Assembly: GCA_002315535.1 (NCBI GenBank)
Contig: DCHA01000057.1
Location: forward strand, 676 to 64,675
Direction: 5' to 3'
DNA length: 64,000 nucleotides
Source of the DNA: Firmicutes bacterium UBA1764
GTDB taxonomy: Bacteria; Bacillota; Clostridia; Peptostreptococcales; Anaerovoracaceae
In this document: one piece after another, positions 1 through 8,628 of the stretch
Numbering within the stretch: position 1 is the first letter of the stretch
Layout of the letters: every line of letters begins with the position of its first letter
Position numbers and translations under genes: made by a program
Notes under the pieces: generated by a model
What the model saw: the letters and a program-made list of their open reading frames with translations, nothing else
Databases searched by the model: none
What the model was told of the DNA's origin: nothing

Positions 1-52
1 GGGGGATTTGTCCCCAAATAACCGATAAGCCGAATAGGCATAAGGAGAAAAA

Positions 53-1579
53 ATGAAAAAAGTATTAGCACTCGTTTTAGCAATGACTATGCTTGTGGGC
101 CTTGCAGCATGCGGAGGCTCCGGCAGCAGCCAGCCGGTTGAACCTGCCAAAAAAGAACACGGCAATGAAATTGTTGTTGGTATTCCACAGGACCTCGGCG
201 ACAGCCTTGATCCTTATCAGATGTCCTCTGCGGGCACAAGAGAGATTCTTACCAATGTTTTTGAAGGCCTTTATAAGCCTAATTCAGACGGAGACTATGT
301 TCCTGCAATCGCAAGCTCATGCGAGATTTCAGAGGATGGTCTCACCTATACCTTCCATCTTAATGAAGGCGTAACATTCCACAACGGAAAAACACTCACA
401 AATGCTGACCTTGAGTATTCCTTCGCAAAGTGCGCAGAGACTACACTCGACAGCAGTCTTCCGAAGTTCTTTGCAAATGCTGACATCACAGTAAACGGCA
501 AGGGACAGGTTATCGTGCAGCTCAAAGAGGCTATGAGCGACATATTTGCTTATATTTCTCTTATCTATATTATTCCTGCTGACTATGCTGACCAGCTTAC
601 CGCACCTATAGGAACAGGTCCGTACAAGTTTGTCAGCCGCAGCGTTCAGGAAAATGTAATCCTTGAAAAGTTCGAAGAATACTACGGTGAAAAGGCAAAG
701 ATCGACAAGATTACCTGTAAGGTATTCGAGGATGGCACCGCTCTTGTTACAGCACTTAATGCCGGAGCAATCGACTTCGCAACACATCTTTCACTCGATC
801 AGGTAGCAGGCGTTGGCTCTGATTACCAGGTAATCGAAGGAACAACAAATGTAGTTCAGGCTCTTTACATTAACAATGCTGCTAAGCCATTTGACGACAT
901 CAGAGTTCGCCAGGCTCTTTGCTATGCAGTAAACGTAGATGATGTTCTTCAGCTTGTTGCTAATGGACATGGAACAAAGCTTGGTACATCAATCTATCCT
1001 TCATTTAAGAAGTACTTTGACAGCAGCCTTGTTGGATATTATAAGTACGATGTTGAAAAGGCTAAGTCACTTCTTGCAGAAGCAGGCTATCCAAACGGCT
1101 TTGATATGACTATTACAGTTCCATCTGTTTATCCAATTCACGTTAACACTGCACTTGTTATTGCAGAGCAGCTCAAGGCTGCAGGAATCAATGCACAGGT
1201 TCAGGAAGTTGAATGGAACACCTGGCTGACAGATGTATATTCAAACAGAGATTTCGAAACAACAGTAAGCGGCTTTGATGCATCAACACTTACTGCAAAT
1301 GCTCTTCTTGAAAGATGGACAAGTGGTCACAAGAAGAACATGATCAATTTCGCAAATTCAGAATATGATGAATATATGACAAAGGCTAACTCAACAACAG
1401 ATGAGGCTGAAAGAACAAAGCTCTTTATTGCCGCATCCAGAGTTCTTACTGAGAATGCCGCAAACGTATATATTCAGGATGCTGCAGAATTTACAGTTAT
1501 GAATGGACTCCTTGACGGATACCAGTCATATCCTCTTTATAGAATTAATTTTGCAAGTCTATACTACACAGATTTATAG
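53..1579 (+). CDS. ABC transporter substrate-binding lipoprotein, family 5 (peptide/nickel; DppA/OppA-like)
   Basis: 508-aa ORF with AAGGAGA RBS just upstream; lipoprotein signal ending LAAC-GGSG; first gene of an SBP-permease-permease-ATPase-ATPase operon. Confidence 0.85.
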   Translation: MKKVLALVLAMTMLVGLAACGGSGSSQPVEPAKKEHGNEIVVGIPQDLGDSLDPYQMSSAGTREILTNVFEGLYKPNSDGDYVPAIASSCEISEDGLTYTFHLNEGVTFHNGKTLTNADLEYSFAKCAETTLDSSLPKFFANADITVNGKGQVIVQLKEAMSDIFAYISLIYIIPADYADQLTAPIGTGPYKFVSRSVQENVILEKFEEYYGEKAKIDKITCKVFEDGTALVTALNAGAIDFATHLSLDQVAGVGSDYQVIEGTTNVVQALYINNAAKPFDDIRVRQALCYAVNVDDVLQLVANGHGTKLGTSIYPSFKKYFDSSLVGYYKYDVEKAKSLLAEAGYPNGFDMTITVPSVYPIHVNTALVIAEQLKAAGINAQVQEVEWNTWLTDVYSNRDFETTVSGFDASTLTANALLERWTSGHKKNMINFANSEYDEYMTKANSTTDEAERTKLFIAASRVLTENAANVYIQDAAEFTVMNGLLDGYQSYPLYRINFASLYYTDL

Positions 1580-1620
1580 GAAGAGTTTGATTAGCCTCAG
1601 GGCTGACCAAAAAATTAGCA

Positions 1621-2559
1621 ATGAAGTATTTTCTTAAAAAACTTATTACGCTGATTGTAACTCTGATTATAATCTCGTTCCTCGCATTTTGTGCCTTCCA
1701 GCTGATAGGCGATCCTATCGCAAGCATGCTGGGGACAAATGCAACTCCCGAGGCTGTTGCTGAGCTCAAAGAATCTCTTGGCTTTAACAGGCCGATTTTA
1801 GTGCGCTATTTTGAGTGGCTCACCAATTTCGTAAAGGGTGATTTCGGAACATCATACAGCTATAATCTGCCTGTATTCGGCATGGTTATGCCAAAGCTCG
1901 GCGTAACTGTGTTCCTTACCATTATTGCGTTCCTTTTGACCGTAGTAGTATCCATTCCTCTGGGGGCTCTGGCCGCAAGAAAAGAGAATGGTATATTCGA
2001 TCGACTCATATTAATCATCGATCAGGTCGTTATGGCAATTCCGCCGTTTTTCATCGGAATACTTTTAACATGTATATTCGGAGTAGCCCTGCGTTTATTT
2101 ACGCCGGGTCTGTTTGTGTCCTTTAAAGAAAATCCGAGCGGCTTTATCGGCTACATGATTTTCCCTGCAATCTCAATTGCAATTCCGAGAATCGCAATGA
2201 CGGTAAAGATGTTCCGCTCATCTATCATTTCGCAGATGCAAAAAGATTACATCAGGACCGCATATGCCAGAGGCGCAAACAGCAAGAGAGCGCTGAAGGA
2301 GCACGCAATTAAAAACGCAATCATTCCGGTAATCAGCTTCCTTGCAGTTTCTCTTTCCGAGATGCTCGCAAGCTGCATAGTAATCGAGCAGATTTTCTCT
2401 GTTCCGGGAATCGGCAGACTGCTTGTATCATCTATTGGTACAAGAGACTTCACCGTAGTTCTTGCAATAGTAATGATACTTGCAAGCTGGGTTGTAATTG
2501 TAAACTTTATCGCAGATATCATCTACCAGGTAATAGATCCGAGGATTAGGTTTAATTAA
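1621..2559 (+). CDS. ABC peptide/nickel transporter permease (DppB/OppB-like)
   Basis: 312-aa polytopic membrane ORF; DYIRTAYARGA...LKEHAIKNA segment matches the DppB-type EAA loop; operon context. Confidence 0.85.
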   Translation: MKYFLKKLITLIVTLIIISFLAFCAFQLIGDPIASMLGTNATPEAVAELKESLGFNRPILVRYFEWLTNFVKGDFGTSYSYNLPVFGMVMPKLGVTVFLTIIAFLLTVVVSIPLGALAARKENGIFDRLILIIDQVVMAIPPFFIGILLTCIFGVALRLFTPGLFVSFKENPSGFIGYMIFPAISIAIPRIAMTVKMFRSSIISQMQKDYIRTAYARGANSKRALKEHAIKNAIIPVISFLAVSLSEMLASCIVIEQIFSVPGIGRLLVSSIGTRDFTVVLAIVMILASWVVIVNFIADIIYQVIDPRIRFN

Positions 2560-2560
2560 T

Positions 2561-3382
2561 ATGCAAAAGAATAAGATTAAAAAACTTAATTGGATGGTCT
2601 ATACCGGCGGCATTATTACGGCGATTATTTTTATCATTGTATTAATCGGTCGTTTTTACACACCATATGATCCGTCCGCAATGAACGGCCAGCTGAGACT
2701 CGCAGGCCCGAGCCTTGCGCATATTATGGGCTGCGACAACTTCGGCCGCGATATTTTCTCGCGCGTTGTTGAGGGCGCAGGAACAACGCTTACCATTGCG
2801 GTGCTTGTAATATTAATTGGCGCAAGCGTAGGCATTTTCATCGGTGCACTGACAGGTTATTTCGGCGGCGTAGTTGATGAAGTGTTTATGAGAGTGTGCG
2901 ATCTTATCACCGCCTTCCCAAGCATCATGCTTGCACTTATCATCATCGCAATTCTGTCCCCGAGCGAAAAGAATATTATCTGGTGTCTTGCGATTCTGTT
3001 TATTCCGAGCTTTGCCAGAGTTACCAGATCGGAAATGGTAAAGCAAAAGAGTCAGAACTATGTCAAGCTAGCCAAGCTTATGGGCGCAGGCTCATTTAGA
3101 ATTATTTTCGTTCACATTTTGCCGAACATGGTTCCGGTACTTCTTCCGACTATTACTATAGGATTTAATAACGCAGTGCTTGCCGAAGCGAGCATGAGCT
3201 TTTTAGGCGTTGGCGTAAGCGCAAATAAGCCATCGCTTGGACGCATGCTGTCCGAGTCTCAGAACTTCCTTGTTACAGGGGCTCCCTGGTATGCGATAAG
3301 CGTAGGACTTGCAATTGTGCTTCTTATTTTGGGACTTTCACTTCTTGGTGAAGGACTGCAGCAGTGGAGGAGAAATCGCTAA
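2561..3382 (+). CDS. ABC peptide/nickel transporter permease (DppC/OppC-like)
   Basis: 273-aa membrane ORF starting 2 nt after the upstream stop; DppC-like N-terminal TM and EAA region (YVKLAKLMGAGSFRIIFVHILPN). Confidence 0.85.
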   Translation: MQKNKIKKLNWMVYTGGIITAIIFIIVLIGRFYTPYDPSAMNGQLRLAGPSLAHIMGCDNFGRDIFSRVVEGAGTTLTIAVLVILIGASVGIFIGALTGYFGGVVDEVFMRVCDLITAFPSIMLALIIIAILSPSEKNIIWCLAILFIPSFARVTRSEMVKQKSQNYVKLAKLMGAGSFRIIFVHILPNMVPVLLPTITIGFNNAVLAEASMSFLGVGVSANKPSLGRMLSESQNFLVTGAPWYAISVGLAIVLLILGLSLLGEGLQQWRRNR

Positions 3383-4170
3383 TGCTCGAGGTTAAGGATT
3401 TAAGAATAAAGTTCATATCAAGACCTGATAAGTACGCGGTTGACGGGGTTAGCTTCGAAATAAATGACGGGGAGATACTCGGACTCGTTGGTGAGAGCGG
3501 CTCCGGTAAATCAGTTACTGCGATGACCATTTCGGGGTTGCTGCAAAAGTCCTTAATTGAATTTGAAGGAAACGTTTTGGTTGGCGGCAAGGAAATGCTT
3601 GCAACCGATCGTGAGGATATTCACGAGATGCAGGGCACCGATATCGCTGTTGTATTCCAGGAGCCGATGACGGCGCTTGACCCTGTAATGAAGGTTGGTC
3701 CTCAGGTTGAGGAGGCTATCAGGATTCATTATCCCGAGATTAGCGCAGAGGAAAGAAAGAAGATGGCGCTTGATGCGATGAAGCAGGCAGAGCTTTACGA
3801 TGTCGAGAATGTTTACGAGAAATATCCTCACACGCTTTCAGGCGGCATGCTTCAGAGAATATGCATTGCGGCGGCAATCATATCAAAGCCGAAGCTTCTT
3901 ATCGCGGATGAACCGACAACTGCCTTGGACGTGACAACACAGTCCCATATTATTGCGCTTCTTAAAAAGATTAATAAAGAGCAGGGCACAACCATTCTCT
4001 TTATTTCGCATAACCTTGCAGTAGTGCATGCGCTTTGTGATAAGGTTATTGTTATGCAGAGGGGCAAGATTGTTGAAAACGGCAGCGCCGATGAAGTGTT
4101 TAACAATCCGAAAAATGACTATACCAAGAATTTACTTGCGTCTATTCCAAGTCGCGATAAAAGATACTAA
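3382..4170 (+). CDS. ABC transporter ATP-binding protein (DppD/OppD-like)
   Basis: Walker A GESGSGKS, signature LSGGMLQR, Walker B LLIADEPT. I prefer the ATG at 3382 (TAATG overlap with the permease stop, GGAGGAGAAA RBS at 3367-3376) over the GTG at 3364 in the ORF track. Confidence 0.85.
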   Translation: MLEVKDLRIKFISRPDKYAVDGVSFEINDGEILGLVGESGSGKSVTAMTISGLLQKSLIEFEGNVLVGGKEMLATDREDIHEMQGTDIAVVFQEPMTALDPVMKVGPQVEEAIRIHYPEISAEERKKMALDAMKQAELYDVENVYEKYPHTLSGGMLQRICIAAAIISKPKLLIADEPTTALDVTTQSHIIALLKKINKEQGTTILFISHNLAVVHALCDKVIVMQRGKIVENGSADEVFNNPKNDYTKNLLASIPSRDKRY

Positions 4171-4174
4171 TTAG

Positions 4175-4912
4175 ATGGAAAAAGAATTAATACTCAGTGT
4201 AAAGGATGTGTGCAGCACCTATAAAATGACAGGCCTCGCAGGACGCAAGAAGAGCGTCGGCGTACTTGACCATGTCAATTTTGAAATACGCAGTGGCCAG
4301 GTTTTCGGCCTTGTGGGGGAGAGTGGCTCCGGCAAATCAACCCTGGCAAAGGCTATACTTGGCATGACTGATTACACCGGGGAAATTACGCATTACAGCA
4401 AGCGTCCTCAGATGGTTTTCCAGGATCCGTATTCATCGCTGAATCCTTATATGACTATCGGCCGCCTGCTCGAGGAGCCGCTTCGCATTTACGGCAAATA
4501 TGATAAGGATGAAATAGATAAGAGGGTCAGGAAGACCATCGTTGAGGTTGGGCTTAGCGAGGACATGCTGAGTCACAAGCCCGCCCAGCTTTCCGGAGGC
4601 CAGCGCCAGAGAGTTTCAATTGGCGCCGCACTTATCACTCGTCCGAAATTCCTTATTCTCGACGAGCCGGTATCAGCTCTGGATGTTACCATTCAGGCGC
4701 AGATCTTGCAGCTTTTGGCAGACCTAAGGCGTGAGCTTGATCTTAGCTATCTCTTTATCTCGCACGATTTAAATATTGTGTACCAGCTTTGTGATTATGT
4801 TCTCGTTATGAAGAACGGCCGCGTTGTTGAGCAGGCCTCTGTACAGAAGCTGTTTGAAAATCCGCAGGAAGAATATACAAAGCAACTGCTTGCCGCATCA
4901 AGCTTTGAATAA
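4175..4912 (+). CDS. ABC transporter ATP-binding protein (DppF/OppF-like)
   Basis: Walker [10 protein letters not shown], signature LSGGQRQR, Walker B LILDEPVS; last gene of the operon. Confidence 0.85.
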   Translation: MEKELILSVKDVCSTYKMTGLAGRKKSVGVLDHVNFEIRSGQVFGLVGESGSGKSTLAKAILGMTDYTGEITHYSKRPQMVFQDPYSSLNPYMTIGRLLEEPLRIYGKYDKDEIDKRVRKTIVEVGLSEDMLSHKPAQLSGGQRQRVSIGAALITRPKFLILDEPVSALDVTIQAQILQLLADLRRELDLSYLFISHDLNIVYQLCDYVLVMKNGRVVEQASVQKLFENPQEEYTKQLLAASSFE

Positions 4913-4927
4913 TACTAAATATAGTAC

Positions 4928-4956
4928 TTGCAATGCTCCGGCATTTTGCATATAAT
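4928..4956 (+). promoter_or_regulatory. sigma-A type promoter for rpsF-ssb-rpsR
   Basis: TTGCAA (4928-4933), 17-nt spacer, TATAAT (4951-4956). Confidence 0.6.
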
Positions 4957-4962
4957 AATTAG

Positions 4963-5055
4963 GCGTTCGTCTGCGCAGGTATTTTCCTGTGTCCAAATTC
5001 ACACAGACGAAGTTCTCTGCCGGGAGGGAGAATCCCGGCCACACACGACCATAGG
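4963..5055 (+). promoter_or_regulatory. structured 5' leader of rpsF (candidate S6:S18 autoregulatory leader)
   Basis: Nested pairings visible: TTCGTCTG/CAGACGAA enclosing CAGG..CCTG, then GCCGGGA/TCCCGGC directly upstream of the GGGAGG RBS. Confidence 0.4.
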
Positions 5056-5066
5056 GAGGTGAAAGA

Positions 5067-5351
5067 ATGAACAAGTATGAACTGATGTTTATCATCGATC
5101 CAACTCTCGAAGATGCTAAGAAGGAAGCTTATATTGAAGACGTTAAGAACATTATAGGCGCTGAAGCAGTATCTGACACAGATGTATGGGGACTCAAGAA
5201 GCTTGCTTATCCTATCCAGAAGAAGACAGAAGGTTACTTCGTAGTTATGCACTTTAATGCAGAACCAACTCTTCCAAAGGAACTGGACAGAAGACTTAGA
5301 ATTTCCGACAACTGCATGAGACACATCATCGTTAATTTAGACGAGAAGTAG
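5067..5351 (+). CDS. rpsF: 30S ribosomal protein S6
   Basis: 94 aa; MNKYELMFII...KKLAYPI motif; conserved rpsF-ssb-rpsR synteny. Confidence 0.95.
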   Translation: MNKYELMFIIDPTLEDAKKEAYIEDVKNIIGAEAVSDTDVWGLKKLAYPIQKKTEGYFVVMHFNAEPTLPKELDRRLRISDNCMRHIIVNLDEK

Positions 5352-5368
5352 AAAAGGTGGTATAAGGT

Positions 5369-5785
5369 ATGAATTCAGTATCATTAATCGGAAGATTAAC
5401 AAAGGACCCTGAGGTTCGCTACGGAGCTGAAAGCCAGAGCGCATATTGCAGATTTACTATTGCAATTGATCGCGGCAAGGATCGCAACGGCGAAGACATG
5501 GGCGCAGATTTTCCTGGTATTGTTTGCTTTGGCAAGACAGCTGAGAACTGCGAAAGATTCCTGAAGAAGGGCCGTTTAGTCGGTGTTCAAGGAAGAATCC
5601 GTACCGGAAAATATGAAAAGAACGGCCAGACCGTTTATACTACTGACATCTATGCAGACAGAGTCGAATTCCTTGAATGGGGAGATAAATCCGAGGGCGC
5701 AAGCGCAAAGCCTGCAAGCTCAATGGGTGAGACATCACTGCCTGGCGGATTCAGCCAGCTGACAGATGATGATATTCCATTCTAG
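5369..5785 (+). CDS. ssb: single-stranded DNA-binding protein
   Basis: 138 aa; N-terminal OB-fold (MNSVSLIGRLTKDPEVRY) and acidic C-terminal tip DDDIPF. Confidence 0.95.
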   Translation: MNSVSLIGRLTKDPEVRYGAESQSAYCRFTIAIDRGKDRNGEDMGADFPGIVCFGKTAENCERFLKKGRLVGVQGRIRTGKYEKNGQTVYTTDIYADRVEFLEWGDKSEGASAKPASSMGETSLPGGFSQLTDDDIPF

Positions 5786-5822
5786 GAGAATCTAGGTTAG
5801 TTAAGTTTTAAGGAGAAATAAA

Positions 5823-6086
5823 ATGCCATACGAAGGAAAAGAAAACAGAGGCGGCAGAAAGAACTTCAATACAATGCATCGTAAGAAGGTTTGCCAGTTC
5901 TGTGCAGAAAAGTCTGAATACATCGACTTTAAGGATGTAGATACTCTTAAGAAGTATGTTACCGAAAGAGGTAAGATTCTTCCAAGAAGAATTACTGGTA
6001 CATGCACAATGCACCAGAGAGAAGTTACAAAGGCTATCAAGAGAGCAAGAACAGTTGCTTTAATGCCATTTGACGCAGATCTCTAA
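5823..6086 (+). CDS. rpsR: 30S ribosomal protein S18
   Basis: 87 aa; KKVCQFC...[26 protein letters not shown] motif; synteny. Confidence 0.95.
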   Translation: MPYEGKENRGGRKNFNTMHRKKVCQFCAEKSEYIDFKDVDTLKKYVTERGKILPRRITGTCTMHQREVTKAIKRARTVALMPFDADL

Positions 6087-6095
6087 AGAGTAAAT

Positions 6096-6123
6096 AAACC
6101 GGACCAAGTGGTCCGGTTTTTTC
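6096..6123. terminator. bidirectional rho-independent terminator (rpsR / convergent lyase gene)
   Basis: ACCGGACC-AAGT-GGTCCGGT followed by a T-run; A-run on the other side. Confidence 0.8.
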
Positions 6124-6129
6124 GTGCAA

Positions 6130-7341
6130 TTAATTAAAAACAAATTGTTCCAATCTGTTAAAGGCTTCTATTAGCCTGCTCTTTGGCAGAGCCAGATTCA
6201 TGCGTATGCAGTTTTGCCCAAAGAAGTCTTCGCCGTTTTGCCAGTCGACTCCGGCCTCAAGGCCCTTCTTCATAAGCTCGGCATGAGTCATATTATGCTT
6301 TGCTAAATACTCGCTGCAATCAATAAAGAACATGTAGGTTCCCTGAGGCTTTGAAACGCTGACTCCGGCAAGCTTTTCATTTACAAACCTTGTTGCGTAG
6401 TTTGCATTGTCTGTCAGTACTGTTAAAAGCTCTTCAAGCCATTCTTCGCCTCCGGCATTAAAGCCCCCAATCAGGGCATATTGAGAGAGGATATTCATTG
6501 AGTTGTAGAAGCACTCGCCCTCGGTCTTTAATATTTTATCCCTAAGCTCTTTGTTATATATTATGTGATAAGATCCGATAAAGCCCGCAAGATTAAAGGT
6601 CTTTGTCGGAGCATATAAAGCAACAGTGCGCATTCTTGCGTCTTCGCTGATGCTTTGAGTCGGGATATGTTTATGGTCGCCCAAAATAATATCAGACCAA
6701 ATCTCGTCAGAGATAACTGTCATATCGTACTTTGCGAAAAGCGTCATTGCTTTTTCGATTTCCCACTTTTCCCACACACGGCCGGTTGGGTTGTGCGGAG
6801 AACAGAATATAGCGACCTTAATCTTTTCGTCCATGATGCGCTTTTCCATATCATCAAAGTCCATTCTGTAGACGCCTTCGGCATCTCTTTTCATCGGGCT
6901 GTGAACAGGCGTAAAGCCGGCATCTGCGAAAACGTGAGTAAAGCCAACATATGTCGGACTGTGAACAAGAACCTTTTCACCCTTTACAAGAAGCGTTCTC
7001 AGAACGCTTGATACGCCGCCGAGCACTCCGTTTTCATAGCCTATGTTTTCCTTTGAAAGACCCGCAACGCCGTTTCTCTTTGCCTGCCAATTGATTATGG
7101 CCTCATAGTATTCATCCTTTGGAAGATAATAGCCAAAGCAAGGATGGGCAAGTCTTTGTGCAACAGCCTCTTGAATTCCCGGGTAGGTCGCAAAGTTCAT
7201 GTCGGCAATCCACATCGGAATATGATCGGTGATTCCGTTTTTCAGTTCAATGCCTTTTCTGTACGGGCTTTCAGCCGGTGGATCTACTGCCAGAGCATCA
7301 CATCCGTGGCGGTCAATTATTGTTTCAAAATCGTATTTCAT
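6130..7341 (-). CDS. PLP-dependent class I/II aminotransferase-fold C-S lyase (PatB/MalY-like cystathionine beta-lyase)
   Basis: MKYDFETIIDRHG... N-terminus and PTKTFNLAG PLP-lysine motif. Start moved to the ATG at 7341; the ORF-track start at 7437 adds 32 non-homologous residues. Confidence 0.75.
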   Translation of the reverse strand: MKYDFETIIDRHGCDALAVDPPAESPYRKGIELKNGITDHIPMWIADMNFATYPGIQEAVAQRLAHPCFGYYLPKDEYYEAIINWQAKRNGVAGLSKENIGYENGVLGGVSSVLRTLLVKGEKVLVHSPTYVGFTHVFADAGFTPVHSPMKRDAEGVYRMDFDDMEKRIMDEKIKVAIFCSPHNPTGRVWEKWEIEKAMTLFAKYDMTVISDEIWSDIILGDHKHIPTQSISEDARMRTVALYAPTKTFNLAGFIGSYHIIYNKELRDKILKTEGECFYNSMNILSQYALIGGFNAGGEEWLEELLTVLTDNANYATRFVNEKLAGVSVSKPQGTYMFFIDCSEYLAKHNMTHAELMKKGLEAGVDWQNGEDFFGQNCIRMNLALPKSRLIEAFNRLEQFVFN

Positions 7342-7488
7342 TCTCATCCTGCCTTTCGTGCAAAGTGATCTTGAATATAGTATAGCAATTGCAGACGGAA
7401 TTGGAAGTATATGTGACGAATTGCCCGCACACTTCATCGTGATAAAGTGCTATAATTAATTATTCAAAACACTAAAAGGAGTACCCTT

Positions 7489-8619
7489 ATGACCAAAAAA
7501 ATATCTACATGGGAAGCCGCATGTATCATCACGGGATACGGAATAGGCGGCGGAGTTTTGGCAATGCCTTATCTCGCAGAAAAGAACGGAATCGTTGTTG
7601 CGATGCTGATTCTTATTGCAGCTTTTGTGCTCAGCATATTGCTGCATCTTATGATTGCGGATATTTGCCTAAAGACGGGCCCGGGCGCTCAAATCGTATC
7701 AGTCTTTTCAAAGTTCATGTTCAAGGGTAAATATAAAAAGCCTTTGACAATTCTGCTCTTTGTATTGATGGCTATTGTTTTGTTTGCAAACCTTGCCGCA
7801 TATAATGCTGCGGCATCAGAGGTTATAAACAATATAATCGGAATAGGGGATACACTCTGCGACATCATCTTTTATGTACTTGCCGCAAGTGTAGTTCTGT
7901 TTGGACTAAAGGCCGTTGCAGTCAGCGAGAAACTGATGGTTGCAATTATCTTTGCGCTTATTGCGGTTTTGGCTGTTGCATCCTTTGCGAATATCCACAA
8001 TCCGCTTCCTATCAGAGCGGGAAGTCTTCATGACGGAATCAGATATTACGGCATGGCAATGCTCGCCTTCGCGGCATTCTTCTCTGTCCCGCAGGCTGTT
8101 GAGGGCCTTGGCGGCGACGAAAAAGAAATAAAGAAAGCAGTATTCCTCGGACTCGGTAATAACTTCATTATTATCACCGTGGTAATGGTATGCGCTATTC
8201 TTGCATCCCCGGAGGTTACAGAGGTTGGCATGGTTGGCTGGTCACAGGGCATCGGCCTTTGGGCAAAGATTGTCGGCGGACTCTTTACTCTCTTTGCAAT
8301 GCTTACAACTTATTGGTCAGTAAGTCTTGCGCTCAAGGATATATTAATTGAGCAGACAAAACTCAACGGAAATATATGCTGGCTTATTTCTACATTGCCA
8401 TCACTGATTCTTGCACTTTCAAATCTCGGAAGCTTCCTCGATTTTCTCGAGCTTGCCGGAGGCGCAATTGCAATTATTATTGCGATGCTCTTCGTGCCTT
8501 GCTATAGGCTCGCTTTAAAAGAGGTCCCCGGAGCGCTTATTAATCCGCTTTCAAAGTCATGGATACACTTCCTTGTCATGGCGGCATATATTTTAATGGG
8601 AATAGGAAATTTGATTTAG
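7489..8619 (+). CDS. amino-acid permease (aromatic amino acid/Trp-Tyr permease-like, APC fold)
   Basis: 376-aa polytopic ORF; AAGGAG RBS; N-terminal TGYGIGGGVLAMPY motif typical of Mtr/TnaB/TyrP-like carriers. Confidence 0.6.
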   Translation: MTKKISTWEAACIITGYGIGGGVLAMPYLAEKNGIVVAMLILIAAFVLSILLHLMIADICLKTGPGAQIVSVFSKFMFKGKYKKPLTILLFVLMAIVLFANLAAYNAAASEVINNIIGIGDTLCDIIFYVLAASVVLFGLKAVAVSEKLMVAIIFALIAVLAVASFANIHNPLPIRAGSLHDGIRYYGMAMLAFAAFFSVPQAVEGLGGDEKEIKKAVFLGLGNNFIIITVVMVCAILASPEVTEVGMVGWSQGIGLWAKIVGGLFTLFAMLTTYWSVSLALKDILIEQTKLNGNICWLISTLPSLILALSNLGSFLDFLELAGGAIAIIIAMLFVPCYRLALKEVPGALINPLSKSWIHFLVMAAYILMGIGNLI

Positions 8620-8628
8620 GGTAGCAAA

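Noticed and set aside
5801-6040. 79-aa and 68-aa minus-strand ORFs over rpsR
   Set aside because: They are antisense to a universally conserved ribosomal protein gene.
7342-7437. Upstream extension of the PatB-like ORF
   Set aside because: The 32 extra residues are non-homologous and run into the divergent promoter region. The conserved N-terminus starts at MKYDFETIIDRHG.
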